Shown piece after piece: positions 49,001 through 63,060 of a stretch of 64,000 nucleotides of DNA. The stretch spans positions 17,980,001 to 18,044,000 of the forward strand of contig JBHGNT010000014.1 in NCBI GenBank assembly GCA_043228905.1, in the 5' to 3' direction. The DNA comes from Azolla caroliniana. Lineage: Eukaryota > Plantae > Polypodiophyta. The first letter of the stretch is position 1, and each line of letters starts with the position of its first letter. The translations under genes were made by a program, and so were the position numbers. Below the pieces are notes generated by a model that saw only the letters and a program-made list of their open reading frames with translations, was not told where the DNA came from and searched no databases.

Positions 49001-52000
49001 TAGAGTGCTATATATATACAAACACACACACTTGAGGATCCAAGTGTCATATATACCGAGGATATGTAGACATGCACAGATCATGTCATATATGATTAAA
49101 GCTAGAAGGTCCATCACATTGATGTCATAAAACGTTTTCTCATTGCTGTGTTAGGTGTATAGTTTTACTTTTTCTCCTAATTCAAATAAAATTTGATAAA
49201 TGCATAGTTTTATCAAAAAGAATTTGAAAACAAATTATATGCTACCTACATTACCTTCTCTGCTAGAGCCTCAACCATATCATCATAAACTGGTGTTGTC
49301 TTGTCCCCATAGAAAACAAATTCATATGGAACAAAGTAAGGGAGGTATTTGAGAGCATTCTGGAAAACATCGATACAATAACCATTGAAGCCACTTGAGT
49401 TTCCACTCTTGCTCACAATCTGTTTGAATCCTGCTTTCTTTGGGACTGCTATTTGTAGCTGCCTTCCATTCTTGGGAAGAACCCATCCCCGAGGTTTTTC
49501 AGTGATGCTACCAGGCCATACAATCTGCATTGAAGAATTACGAAATTTTGTTGGGGATAAGAGCATATTGACATCTTCGCTACTATTTGTTCCTGGGGGA
49601 GAGAGAGATAGTTGTGTTTCATTTGTCCAATACCCTACCACGTTCAAGTTCTTTCCAACAATGTTTACGATTTCAAATGCTGATCGGATAAGGTCACCCT
49701 TTGAGCTTAATCGAACATCTCCAGAAGTGCCTACAAAATCTGTTTGCAATATATAGTCTCGGAGTAATGATCCGTCCTTAAGAACATTTAGCTGAGCTAG
49801 ATCTGACCCATCTCCAATACCTTCTTGTGAAATCACTGAATCATTGAACGTGAAGTTCCTGCCTTCCTTAAGATAGTTCTTGAGTGCATAGGCAATAACC
49901 CACACTGAATCATATGCATAAAGACCATAAATATGTGGATTAAGGGTAGATTGCAACGCCTCATTTTTCCACTTGGAAAGGAAAGCTTGAAACTGGTGCG
50001 AATGTGATGCATAATACGCACGTGTTCCTATAACACCTTGCAATGCTCCAAAGTTAAGATCTTCAAGGTTTGAAGAGTTCAATGTTCCGATAGTCGAATC
50101 TGAGACAATCCAAACATAACCAGCACTCATCATACCCAAGTATTTCGCCTCTGAGAAGAGTGAAAATGCAAGATATTGTGGCATATGAACAACAAAGATT
50201 CTTGTTTGGGTGGATGCGAGGTTGGATAAGATGGTCCCAATCATCGTATTGTTGCTGGAAGGCAAAAGGGCAGCTTTTTGAATGATGTGGGACCCAAAAT
50301 TCTCCAAAGCATCACCTAATGAAGTGATGGCATTTGTTCCGAAATCATCATCAGTATATATAGCTATAACTTGTCGCCATCCATAGTACGCAATGAAAGA
50401 TGCGATGGCCTCCATTTGTAGTGCATCACTATGTGCAATGCGGAAAAAATAGGGATATTGGAACTCTGATAGAGCGGGATCCGTTGCAGCAAATGAGACA
50501 ATAGGAACTTTTGTTGCACCACCCATAAATGCCACAAAGTGAGAGACTGATGAAGATTGTGGTCCTATTATGGCCACTACCTTCTGTTTAAGGAGTTCCA
50601 GCGCTGCCAACAAAAACAATATTCAAAAAGGAGATGACAAAACAAATTTAAGAATCATATACGAAATAACTCCAATCCCCAAATTTCATGTATACCACAA
50701 ACACCCAACAATGGATTCATCACATAGCACCCTCAGAGTTTACATCCTTTTATATAGCAACCCATAAAATGACCATCTGATTCAGAAACCTCAAAAATTT
50801 ATCGATGATCAATGATGCAGCTTTACCCATATAAACGTAGCATCAGAATCCATTGTTTTAGAATGATAAGCAATGATGAACACTTTTATAATCAGCCTTA
50901 CTCATGTAAAAACCTAATCATTGTTTTCTAACAGCATATAGATGACTATTACTACAACTTAAATTCATGTGAGACCCTAAGGATTCATTGTTTTAATGAC
51001 AACACATAGACTACCACTGATGCAATCTTTTCATAAATAAATAAAAAAAGAAAACCTAGAAATTCATTGTTTTATAGCACCTCATAGATGAACATGCATG
51101 CAGCCCTATTATATAAAATCTTTTATAATGAATGTATTCTATTGAGAATAACACATAGATGACTAATACTGCAGCCTTATGTAGCACCATCTAAAACTTA
51201 ATTAAGGCTTTAAAAAAACATATAAAACCCTAAGAAGTCATAGATTACCCTATGAATTCATTCGTTTATAAAAACCAATATATGATTATTGATGTGTAAT
51301 ATCATCTAAGACCTCGTATAAACCCTCAGAATACATATGAGAGTAATAAACCCCTTTGAATTCATATAAAAACCCTCCAAAAGTTCTTATAAAACCGTTC
51401 ACAACAAACCTTCAGATTTCATGATTTGACAACAATGCATAGATCTCCATTGGTACAATCTTCTATATAAATCTCTGAGTTCATGTAAAACTTTCGGGGA
51501 AAAACCTTCAGAATTCAAGGTTTTATAGAAAGACATGGATATCCATTATGCCAACCTTATCTATAACCCTCCTTATTCGTATAAAACTTTCCGGACAAAA
51601 ACATTCAGAGATTATGGTTTCATAACAACACATGGATGTCCTTTACAGCAACCTTATCTATAACCCTCCCAATTCATATAAAACCCTCTGAATCATATAT
51701 AAAACCTCCCCGAGTTCATATAAAACCTTCAGAATGCATGTTTTGTTAACAACATATAGATGTTCATTACTGCAACCTTGTGTAAATCCTAAGAAAGTGG
51801 AGAGAAAAGAAACATGAAACCTTTAATGGAAAAAATACTATACCTGAAGCAGCTCCTTGAAAGGCACTACAATTTGTGTCTAAAATATGAACCACAAGTT
51901 TTGAACCCTGGAGAAAACTCTGATTTCTATTGATATCATCGACCGCCATCTCTATGGCTTGTTTGGCAACTCTTCCAATCAATGTTCCATAAGAAACTAA

Positions 52001-52105
52001 AGCCCCTATATGGAGTTGTTTGGTGGTGGTATTCTCTGAGCTTACCGTGGTTGAAAAGCTCATCAACATAATGGCCACATAGAAACATAAAGATCTAGGT
52101 GCCAT
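46087..52105 (-). CDS. GLR: Glutamate receptor-like channel (GLR3-like), ~948 aa; exons 52105-51844, 50603-49255, 48907-48627, 47899-47868, 47757-47354, 46605-46087
   Basis: Signal peptide, [61 protein letters not shown]; GT-AG junctions sum to 2847 nt in frame. Confidence 0.93.
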
Positions 52106-52575
52106 TGTTTACCTGTTCTTATTCATACTGCTGCTGGTCTTCTTCTTCTTCTTTACCTGGATGTGGAAGAAAAAAACAACAGGTCTAGTAGAATGGACAA
52201 CAATGCTTTGAAAAAATGTTCTTTTAAGATAATTGTGGCGCTGATGATGGTGACAGTGAGGATGTTGACGGTGGTAGAGATGATGCCGGGCCCTTCTCAA
52301 ACAACACTCAATTAATTACCCATCTCTTCCCTTACTCATAGAAATGCCCCCCATTTTCTATATCGCAAAATCCAATTCTCTCCCAACAGAATGCAAGTAG
52401 GGAGATGAAATGAGATGACATGACATCTCCATCTCTCTCCCCCCTTCTCTCTCTATGTATTTGCAAATAATTAGGGAAAAACAGAGCAGAGGTATACCCC
52501 CACATATATACATATATAAAGGGAAAACAGGGAATGAATATGCATATCACATACAATTATGAGAAATTTATATGC

Positions 52576-52577
<2 letters not shown>

Positions 52578-52607
<30 letters not shown>
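52578..52607. repeat. (GT)n microsatellite
   Basis: Seen directly. Confidence 0.9.
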
Positions 52608-52721
52608 CATTGTATGCATATTGATTTACATGTTTTATCTTCCTCATTTTTTATCAATAATAATATCAACAATAATTAAAATTCTCACCATTTCCTCACT
52701 ATTGGCTTAAGACTCTGTTCA

Positions 52722-53210
<489 letters not shown>

Positions 53211-54299
53211 ATGGGGGAGCATTTTGTCTCTACATCATATGCCCCACTAATCTCTGCAGGAGACAAATTTATTGTGTTTCTCAATAATTGAACTTAAAAA
53301 TTAAAAAAGGAATTTACAAAAGTTGGTAGCTTAAATTTCAAAGCTTTTTGGTTTCCGTATTTGTATAGAGAGATAGATATGCAGACAAGAGGCCACTTTT
53401 TTTTATCTCCCTTTTTCTTTTCCTCTGTTTATTTATATATTTATTTATTTAAATTCCTGATATTTGTTGCTACTACACAACAACCTTGCTTCTTCTTTCT
53501 TCTTCTTCTTTTGTGGGTCAAAAGTCTTTAGTTTCCTGTTTCATGATAATACAAGCCTAGTTTCTTCTTTTTTGAAAATATAACCCTAGTTTTTTCTTTT
53601 GTCACAATATAACCCTAATTTCTTCTTTTGTCACAATCTAACCAACCACACATAGAGAGACTGCCTCCATCCCCCCAAGCATCGATCGATCACACACGAC
53701 AAGCCGTACACCCGATGCTTCGTCAATCATAATCTGGAGTGTATACCTCGTTCAGATTGACACTTTCTCATCGTGCATTGATCATAAATTGTCGATCACC
53801 TTTCGATTTGCTTGCCGATGATAATTGTGGTTCGTCGATCATAGACCGTAGCAATACCCCCCCGTTCGTTCAGATGACAACTCACATTCCGCTAATCATA
53901 CATTCTCGATTGCCTTGCAATCACGCATTTATAAGAAACCTCTCTCTACCACACACATGCTCCTTATCGAGGTTACTCGCTAGTGATAAAGGATATATCC
54001 TTTTTGACCCGCACGTCTCGATTCAAATCCCACCAGTTTACTAGGTTGTCGGTTGCGTAAGGCGTCACATTATGTTGTCCGACTAGATTAAACATGTTAT
54101 TGGTTTTTTGTTTCTTGATGCCTTGATGCATTTGCCTCCTAAGTCTCAACTATATTCCATACCTTCTCTATCAATAACAAGTTGCCACACCCTCACGTCA
54201 TTTGCCTTCTTGAGAACATGCCCTGAAATATTTAGTATTGAGGAATGCGAAGATATGGACTAACAACTTCACACAAAGGTAAAAGCCTTGGTGAAATTG

Positions 54300-55170
54300 C
54301 ACTGTAAGCAAACCCATGAGCAAGAGGGAGACTTGCATGCCTAAAAAGGTGCACCTATGTGGAAGCACAATATTGGATTTATACCACCCCTATAAGCATA
54401 GACATGCTCATTGCTTGGTAATGTATCAAAGAGCCCCAAACTTGATCCACGATCTACAATCATCAGCATTCCTTTACACATATCTTATATCACATCCATC
54501 ATCAAAACTCCATACCACAAGCAAATTTGTGAACACCTCATATACACAAACAACCACGTTTGCTTTTGTCATAGTACACATGGCCAATAGGACCTTCCCT
54601 ATGATACATGGACCATGTACACAATTTTGCTTATAAGAGATGTTGCTAACTAGGGAACTATATCACTGTTATGGTTTACCACATTTGCAAAATTGTATGG
54701 AGTGGTGCTTGAAATGGAACTCAACACTTATGTTGAGGTCAAGACATGCAAGCCACAAGCGAAGTAGGATGTGGACAAACAACCTCTATGACTAATCACA
54801 TCCTTTACATTATGTTGTTTGGACAAAGCAAAAGCACAAAAGAAAAGAATGTATAGATTTCCACGAGGCCTTCAATACCAAGTTAACGAAAACATATCCT
54901 CATGAGACTCCAAAAACAATGTAGGGTGTGTTACATGGATAATGTGACTAGAAATTAAGACAAGTTAGATGGTTAGAGGGTCGTTTAAAGACTAGGACAA
55001 GCACCATGGATGTGGATGCTTACTCTCTTCCACTTGCCTCAAACCCTAGCATCAACGAGGTAATTGGACTACACCAACATTACCTTCATTCACATTCATT
55101 TTCATGTCGATAACATAATCTTTTATGTGAATCTCATGTAGGTCATTCCATCTATCATCTCAATGCCTCA
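54300..55170 (+). pseudogene. Highly decayed LINE RT relic (RTE-X-like)
   Basis: GCAAAATTGTATGGAG (AKLYG) and a YADD-region-like FHVDNII..ESHVG, collinear with 33700-34420. Confidence 0.5.
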
Positions 55171-55822
55171 AATGTTTTTTCCAAGCAATAAGGCATATCT
55201 CTCTCTCTCTCAAAGGAAGACAACAACATGTCTTCCTAGCATTAAGTTTCTTCCAAAATTACCTTCTACGAAGAAAGTAGCGAGGTTCAAGCAAAAATTA
55301 CACTTCATTTGAATAATGTGAACATGTCTTCTAAAATGAAGGAATTCAAATTTTTGATTGAACAAACATGTTCTTTCACTAATGTGTTATGAAACTTGTG
55401 TTATTAACCTTTGTTATTTTAATTATAACTATCCACAACCGGCAAAAGCCATTTAGTATGTGAACCACTTTAAACCTCATAATGCAAAAGGTTGAACATT
55501 TACCATGCTAACATAAAAAAGTATCATCTCATTTTGCTAAGGCCTATGATGTTGGCCTTTATGTCTTAATCTAGATTCCAAACCATGTGCATAAAATATA
55601 ATCTTTAACCAATCCCCATCATTTTCAGTTCCTAATGTAACATTTGAACCGCCGAATAAAGCACCAACATGCAAATAAAAGCAAGCCAATCACTGTACAT
55701 GAGTGAACGTATGAGCATGCGTGCTTGATCAATTCCAAGAGGTGCAAATATTACAATTAAATACATGTCGTGATAAAGCAATAATTTAGATGATGGATAA
55801 TATATGCCATGTGCCCATAACC
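55100..55822 (+). repeat. Diverged direct repeat, copy 2 (copy 1 at ~38100-38775)
   Basis: Collinear with 38100-38775. Confidence 0.85.
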
Positions 55823-57147
55823 TCCTACGTTCAAACTTCAAGAGAATATCAACACTCAACTATAGTCATGTTTTAATCCAAATATAACGAAACTTTGGGA
55901 AATGATATAAAATACCTTTGATAGTAAAACTATTGTTTCAACATAAAAGTATCAATATTAGGCTTGACAAATAAGCAACGTGATTAGTATAAGATCTAGG
56001 ATTCATATGTATAGTCACACTTTCTCAAGTCAAAAGTGTCTCTTTCTCTAACATCAAGTGTTGCTTGTACATGTTTCAGTGGTCTCGAAGGTTACATTGG
56101 TTTTTTCAAAGACGCAAGCACACTTTCTATGATCTCTATGAGTATATTATTGCAAGTATTCTTATTTTTGGTTCTCATATTTAGACATGGCTTTATATCA
56201 ATGGTACAAAAGGTTCTTTGCATTTACCATTGTCGATGTGACAATAATAGAAGAGGAGTCATGGATTTGAAGACACTCTATGCTAAAAGCACCGTGTGCG
56301 AAAAACCGTAAAGAATAGTGATACACAAATCTCTTTTGGGCAATATGGAATGCGAAATTTGTCTAGTGAAAGACAACATATACAAATGATTGTTGTAAGA
56401 GATAACAATACACATTCCAAAATCTCCCCCAATTGAAAACATGTTTGTATTGGAAAATAGTTCGAGAAACAAAACTAAACAACAATACAAAGTGTAAATA
56501 GTTTGCTAAGTTATCCATGAAACCTATTTATACTTTGGCATGTCCACAAGTAAACATTGAATTGAACTCCAGTCAATTGTGAGATTACTCAATGATAAAG
56601 AGGATGCATCCATATTCACTTTTGGAGATCACATGATCATGCAAAACTTTAGCCACCAAATGGGGACGTGTGTAAGTAGGTATCCTCACGGTGGCACACT
56701 ATCAATAACACTTTTGCTATTTAAATGCTCAGAATTTGTTATGGTTCAACACCAATGACAGCGTGCAAAAAATCGACGAAAGGTGAAACCATGGACAAAT
56801 TTGGTTATTGTAGCAAAAGACGACAATCGAGATGCACACCAATGACATCTATCACGAGTTCATTAAAGATAGATAGATATCTGTTGGTGGTATCGAGTGT
56901 TGGACGTAGTATGACGAGCTTCACCTTCCATTTCATTGCCTCTAGGGACAACTTGAAACAGTCGATACATAACAAGAGGGGGGTCATGAAAGCAAATAAA
57001 CATGTCCTATTAGTGAGGTGAAAGGAACGAGAACCTGTCCAATATAAACTAGGGTGTGGGGAGCAGAGATAGGTCAACATGGATCAAGGCAGGAGTGGCG
57101 ATGTCCTGGTCTACATCGAAGTCGGCCACGAGAACTTGGTCATGCAT

Positions 57148-57452
57148 GAAGACCATTGGGAAGTTGGTCATTCGAGAGGGCAATCGGGAGGTTGGCCATT
57201 CAGGAAGGCCATTCAGGAGGCTGGTCATTCAGGAAGGCCATCGGGAGGTTGGTCAAACGGGAGGGCCATCGGGAGGTTGGTCATACGGGAAGGCCATCGG
57301 GAGGTTGGTCATACGGGAGGGCCATCGGGAGGGTGGTCATACGGGAAGGCCATCGGGAGGTTGGTCATACGGGAGGGCCATCGGGAGGTTGGTCATACGG
57401 GAAGGCCATCGGGAGGTTGGTCATACGGGAAGGCCATCGGGAGGTTGGTTCA
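57148..57452. repeat. 28-bp G-rich minisatellite (~11 copies)
   Basis: Unit GGCCATCGGGAGGTTGGTCATACGGGAR. Confidence 0.9.
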
Positions 57453-57559
57453 TTGATGAGGTGCAGTTTTTGGTGTGGGGGGGGGGGGGGTTGTCCGGAC
57501 AAGTGTGAAACCGAGGAAGAAGATAAGAAGAGGCACATGAATAATCTTAAAACCCCCTG

Positions 57560-57616
57560 TCCTAAAACCCTAAACCTAAAACCTGAACCCTAAACCCTAA
57601 ACCCTAAACCCTAAAC
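57560..57616 (+). repeat. Interstitial plant telomere-type repeats (CCCTAAA)n / telo-boxes in the CacyBP promoter
   Basis: CCCTAAA x4 perfect plus variants, ~95 bp before the ATG. Confidence 0.85.
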
Positions 57617-57710
57617 GCCCCCAGCACAGACAGCTTCTCAACAGACGCAGACGCAGGCACACGAACGTACAGACAGAGAAGAGAGACACGGGCATAGAGA
57701 TCAGACATAG

Positions 57711-60196
57711 ATGGCCTCCGATCTCCGTTCTGACGTGACAGAGCTCAAGCATCTCCTCAGCCAATCACGGCGCCCCCACGTGCAGGTCTTCCTCTCCTCT
57801 CAAATCGGAAGCCTCGAGAAGGTAATGTACTGATGGCTCTGCGTGTGTATGCATTTTATGTGTGATGCTTTCTTTTTTTGGTTTGATTTTCGTATGTATG
57901 CATATGCGCATTTACTTGTTGCATTTACGTGTGCCTGTTTTTATGTCTATGTTTCTGTTTATTTGTATGTAAAATGTGGATTTACCTTATATGCATATGC
58001 ATATATATATATGTGTGTGTGTCTGTCGTCGTTTCTTTTGTAGGTGTATTTGTATGTTCATGTCTCTGTGTGCATTTGAATGTGTGTGCTTTTGGATGTA
58101 TTTGTATGTCTTGTTCGTGTGCATTTTTATGTATATGCGTATGCCTGTATGTGTTTGTGTTTTTATGGTTTTTGTTGAAAGTTTCCATAAAAAGTTCTAG
58201 GGTATGTTTCATTGATGCATATGCATGTATGTGTTTGTGTTTTTATGGTTTTTGTTGAAAGTTTCCACAAAAAATTTCTAGGGTATGTTTCATTGATGCA
58301 TATGCCTGTATGTGTTTGTGTTTTTATGGTTTTTGTTGAAAGTTTCCACAAAAAAATTCTAGGGTATGTTTCATTGTTTCATTGATGCATATGCCTGTAT
58401 GTGTTTGTGTTTTTATGGTTTTTGTTGAAAGTTTCCACAAAAAAATTCTAGGGTATGTTTCATTGAACCACAACTTATTTATTTATTTGTTTAATATATC
58501 CTTTCGAGGTCTAATTCCCCTTGCTTTTTCAGTAATTTTTTTCACCGATAATTTTCATTGTTTTTTTATATCAAATCTCTCTTCATTTATTTTTCTTGTG
58601 AGATCTTTCAAAGCGGTTTTTATTTCGTTATAATTTTCTTCACAAATACCCCTATTTTTTATTGAAAACATCATTGTCTGATTTTCTAAGCTTCCGGGGT
58701 TTATTGTTACTAATGTCTTTTTATAGCTTGCGACGGAAGCTGAAGTCAGGGCCATCTCACAGAGAAACACTACACCTGAATTGCATTATGTAACACTCAA
58801 TAATCTCTCTTGGGAGCAAGACAATGAAAGAGTAAAGGTTAAGAATTCAAACTTTTTCTACCTCTTTCTCGTGTGTCTAAAAGAAGCTTATTATAAACTC
58901 ATTTTTTGTCATTGTTTTATTGATAGATCACTTCATGACCTAAATAAAACATTTGTAATATCCTTATGAGTAAATAAAAAGCGTATTGTAACTTGAAATT
59001 ATGTTGTGTGTAAATGTATATTTTTATATTGCAAAAATGAAGCTTCTTTCAACCAGGAATTTGGTTTTCTCCATAATTATGAGATTTAGATTTGTTTTAG
59101 AGTCAGAAAAATATAATTTTACCTTGTGAAATGTGGTTTTGATTTTTTGTGTTAATGTGGTTAACCTTACTATGAGTGATTGTGGGTTTGGTTGATAGAA
59201 TTTGATAATGTGGTTGTATCTTGACTTTGTAGATAAGGCTTATTAGTTCAGTTGAGTGAATTGTGTGGTAAAACTTAGTTTATCTGGAGATGAATGGAAG
59301 CTGTTGCTTTTGGATTGGCTGTCTCTTTTATACATAGAAAACATTGATCAATTGTTTAGTTCTATGATTTTAATAACAGCCAAAGTACATGTCATTTTTA
59401 GTTGAAAAACATGAATGATGTGAATCATATGATTAACTATGGCCAAAAGTTGTACCCTAAACCCCAATTTGTGCCAGATTGTAGCCTATACAAGAAACCC
59501 TGTTCCAAAGTTGTTCCATGAACTCTACTTTTTTGGCCAAGTTTGTTGTCCTAGATTCTAAATCTGCTCTTTTGTTTGGCAGATTTATGTGTCATTGGAA
59601 GGTGTGGAGGAAGAGAATGTGACATCCAAATTTGAGGATTGGACATGTGATGTAAAGATCCACAACGTTGGGGGGAAGCATTATCGGTTTTCAATCAAAA
59701 AGTTACACAAAGTCATTGATCCTGATGCTTGTCGTGTCATAATTAAGCCAAAAAGAATAATCATCTCATTGAGGAAGCTCGAAGAGGAGGATTGGAAAGA
59801 CTTGCACTTCAAGGAAGACAAGGTATTTTTATTTTATTTCAAAAGCATTGCACCCCAAATTTGTCTTGATATGTATTCTGTTGAACATATGTTTAATTCT
59901 TCGTTTTGCTATGTCTCGGTTATATTCAAATTTTTGCAATCTAGTCTGAAGAGGAGTCTAAGAAGGAGCCCATGGCCAAATTATTGGAGATGATGAAGGT
60001 ATGGATTCGCCGTAAATATCATTGATACAGTGTCTATTTGTTCTTTTGCCTTTTCTAATCTATATTATTTCTATACATATAGAATATGTATGATGATGGA
60101 GATGATGAAATGAAGAAAACTATATCTGATGCGTGGACAACATATCGATCAACATACAAGCCTGGATTCAAAAAGCCCATAGCTTCGAAAAAATAA
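57711..60196 (+). CDS. CACYBP: Calcyclin-binding protein / Siah-interacting protein, ~209 aa; exons 57711-57821, 58727-58837, 59583-59822, 59945-59998, 60083-60196
   Basis: N-terminal helix ELKHLLSQSRRPHV, CS domain SWEQDNERVKIYVSLEGV, SGS domain PMAKLLEMMKNMYDDGDDEMKKTISDAW; GT-AG junctions give 630 nt; exon 4 acceptor less certain. Confidence 0.9.
58135..58466. repeat. ~78-bp tandem repeat x4 in CacyBP intron 1
   Basis: ATGCCTGTATGTGTTTGTGTTTTTATGGTTTTTGTTGAAAGTTTCCAC...CTAGGGTATGTTTCATTG repeated. Confidence 0.9.
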
Positions 60197-61107
60197 GCAT
60201 TTTGTGGATCTTTTATAGAAACTTATTAAAGTAGTTTTGCTTTAATAAGAGGAACAAGAGGATTATGCAAAAAGGAAAGACCTTGAGAGCTACATCCTTC
60301 TTAATGTGTAGTAGATTATTACTAAATCTAGTTTGTAGCTTAGATTTTTGCTCCGGATACATTTATAGGGTCAATGTGTGGACTGTATAGGCTTGGCTAA
60401 AGTGTTTCTTATGAACAAAAACACAACTTCCCATGTTAATGATCTTCCAAGCGTTTTATTGCGAACAATAATTCATTGTACGAGCGATTGTTTTCTATTT
60501 TGTTTCACTTTCAGTGTGTTTTGGTTGATGAATTGATTTGAGTCATTATTTGTGAATATTTATGATTCACATTGATGGACAGTTGGAAACCTTATTAGTT
60601 CTATAATATATGCATGATTAACCAAATGAAAGATTAATAAGTTCCAAATATGTTTATTAAACACCTTGCATTGGGCTGGAATGTTGCATGTAACTGTTTT
60701 GCTTTACTTTTCTCCTAATTCACCATGTTTTGGTCAAATACCATATCAATGATGAAAGTGCCCCAGAGGTTGAAATAACCTAACATGACAAGCGTTTGAT
60801 ACTTAGCTGCTGACTAATGTGGGGACTACCTTGTGTTTAGTGAAATGCATTATTTGAATGTTGTAACCCAAATAAATGTTCCTTGCCCATACTCTTACCT
60901 TTGCTGTGATTGAGTATTTAAAATATTTGACGACCAGTACGAAGACAAATCTGGGTAATCTTTTGCAAAAAAATCCTTTATGGTATGAGTCTGAACCCAC
61001 GAAAATGGCCCAAAGTGCTTCATCTCCAGAAAAAACTACAAAAATCTTTCAAATTTTAAAACAAATAGGATTAGTCTATATTCTAGGACCGTGGGGGTAC
61101 GCATGAA

Positions 61108-61187
61108 GCTTCCATAGTATAGTTGTACTGCAGTCGCGTTGAAAGCGTAAGGTTGTGAGTTTGATCCTTGTTGGGAGCTACTCATGG

Positions 61188-61222
<35 letters not shown>
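61108..61222 (+). pseudogene. tRNA-Thr(CGT)-derived pseudogene or SINE head (61108-61179) with a (CT)n tail
   Basis: Acceptor stem GCTTCCA/TGGGAGC; decayed A box TAGTATAGTTG and B box GAGTTTGATCC; resembles plant tRNA-Thr-CGT as recalled from memory. Confidence 0.6.
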
Positions 61223-61227
<5 letters not shown>

Positions 61228-63060
61228 AATATCCCCTTACAGAATTGGATAGAACAAGGTGGCAAGAAGATGATAGATATTAGAGAAAGAAAAGCAAAGA
61301 ATTGTGCATTTCACAAAGGCAACTCCACATGTGTACCCCCATGGTCCTCAACAATATGGTTTTGTCCCCATGGAGTAGAACTAGAAGACTTTGGAATGAC
61401 CTCATGAGTCACAATAGTTTTTGTTGTGACCTTCCCCAATAAAGCATTTGAAAATGTCTTTCCAAAACTTACTCTTAGAATACTAGTTAGCATTGGAGAA
61501 AGGATGACATTTCCAAGACATTAGGAATTGATGGAAAGTACAATTCTTGTTCTCTCAAATGCTTACACTAGCATCTTATACGTTGTTAACCTTAGACCAT
61601 ATTTTTGTGTTAAATGCATTCACTTTCTGGACTTGCATGGCACGAGTTTCAATGTATTCCTTAGAACTTGAAGCAAACTTATGTACCTTCTAATAATTAA
61701 GTATCTCCTCACATACACTATGGACGAAATCACCATTTTGCATATTCATGCTTGAATAGGTTTTGTTGCACCAACATTGGTGATCTAACGCGTGTAGGTT
61801 GAATCATGTATGTTGTATGTTGGTCTAATAACCAACCATCTCACATAAAAGGTTTGTTGCTCCTATTTTAGGAGCCATTGATACCCGCCATCATTCCAAA
61901 TTGAAACATTGCTTGTATATATTGGTGGTTTCAAGTCATTTATGGAATACTTTGAGAATTGGTAATTGGGTTACAATTTGTGAAAGTACCTATGTCACCA
62001 CCAAATGGGGGAGGTAAAGTGAAAATGAACTAACAGGTTGACTATTGGCAATCGATCAATCAAAGCATTGTTCAAGGTTATTTGATAAACTAACTCTTTG
62101 AAGTCATAAAGTTGATCATTGATGCATCATTAATCAATGGTGACATTTTTCATTCGTAGGGTGTACATGAAGAGATTATGGATAACTTGGTCCAATGTAT
62201 TGCTAGACTTAGCTATGTTAGCTAGTTAGGCTAAAAAATTATAAATACTTGGGAACTAATGGGAAATAAATTATGTAGGCTTACTATTTAATATCACACA
62301 CGTTGGGCACCACATAGGGTTTGTAGACCATCGTTGTCCTCAAAGAATTAGACGGCTAAGGCAATCAAGAAGAAGGAAAAATGAAAGAAAAGATGGAGAA
62401 TATATTTCTTCATGCCCTCCTAACGTCGAGTCGTGCTTTTACATGATTGGTTTGATCCTAAATTGCAATTGCTTTTACATGACTGGCTTAGTACTTAATA
62501 TTCAATGCAACCAATCATATACACGACACTTTGTAGCGCCACACCATCATTTCATCACAAACTCTTAAAAGTTCATTTATAGACCATAGACCCCACACAC
62601 ATCTGTGTCAAGGAGTTGAGCAAGTAGAAAATATGCATACCACATTTATAAAGTAGAAGTAAAGCTTGAACATTCCTCGTGCATAATTGCACGGTATGCG
62701 TTTATTCATGATGTGCAAAATAGAAGTCATTAAAATTTATTAGCTTACAATTAAAACTCTTAGAAGACTCATTGATTTTTGAATAAGTAATTGCCCTCCA
62801 CATTCATTGATGTAGGATACCAAAGACCTATATTTGTGCATAGATACATGTCACTGATGATAATCACTCCCATGTGAAATAGATAATGGCATAAAACAAC
62901 TTTAGAATTTTTTCAAGCACCTCGTGCCTGATGTATGAAGAGATGGTTGCCTCACCTCACACGTGGTGTGACACTAACCTCTACTTTAACCAAGTTATGG
63001 ACATTTCGAAAAGTATAGGGAGATTAATTCCATCTAGGGGTATTTCATTGTGCCAGTTAT

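Noticed and set aside
56400-56650. Copia RNase H tail and PPT (GGGGGAGA) on the minus strand
   Set aside because: Too decayed to delimit or confirm by eye
57056-57593. Three overlapping ORFs, or a CRISPR-like 28-bp repeat
   Set aside because: Stop-free minisatellite with no unique spacers and no cas genes, in a eukaryotic context
61500-62400. Possible decayed DNA transposase
   Set aside because: No convincing motifs or termini
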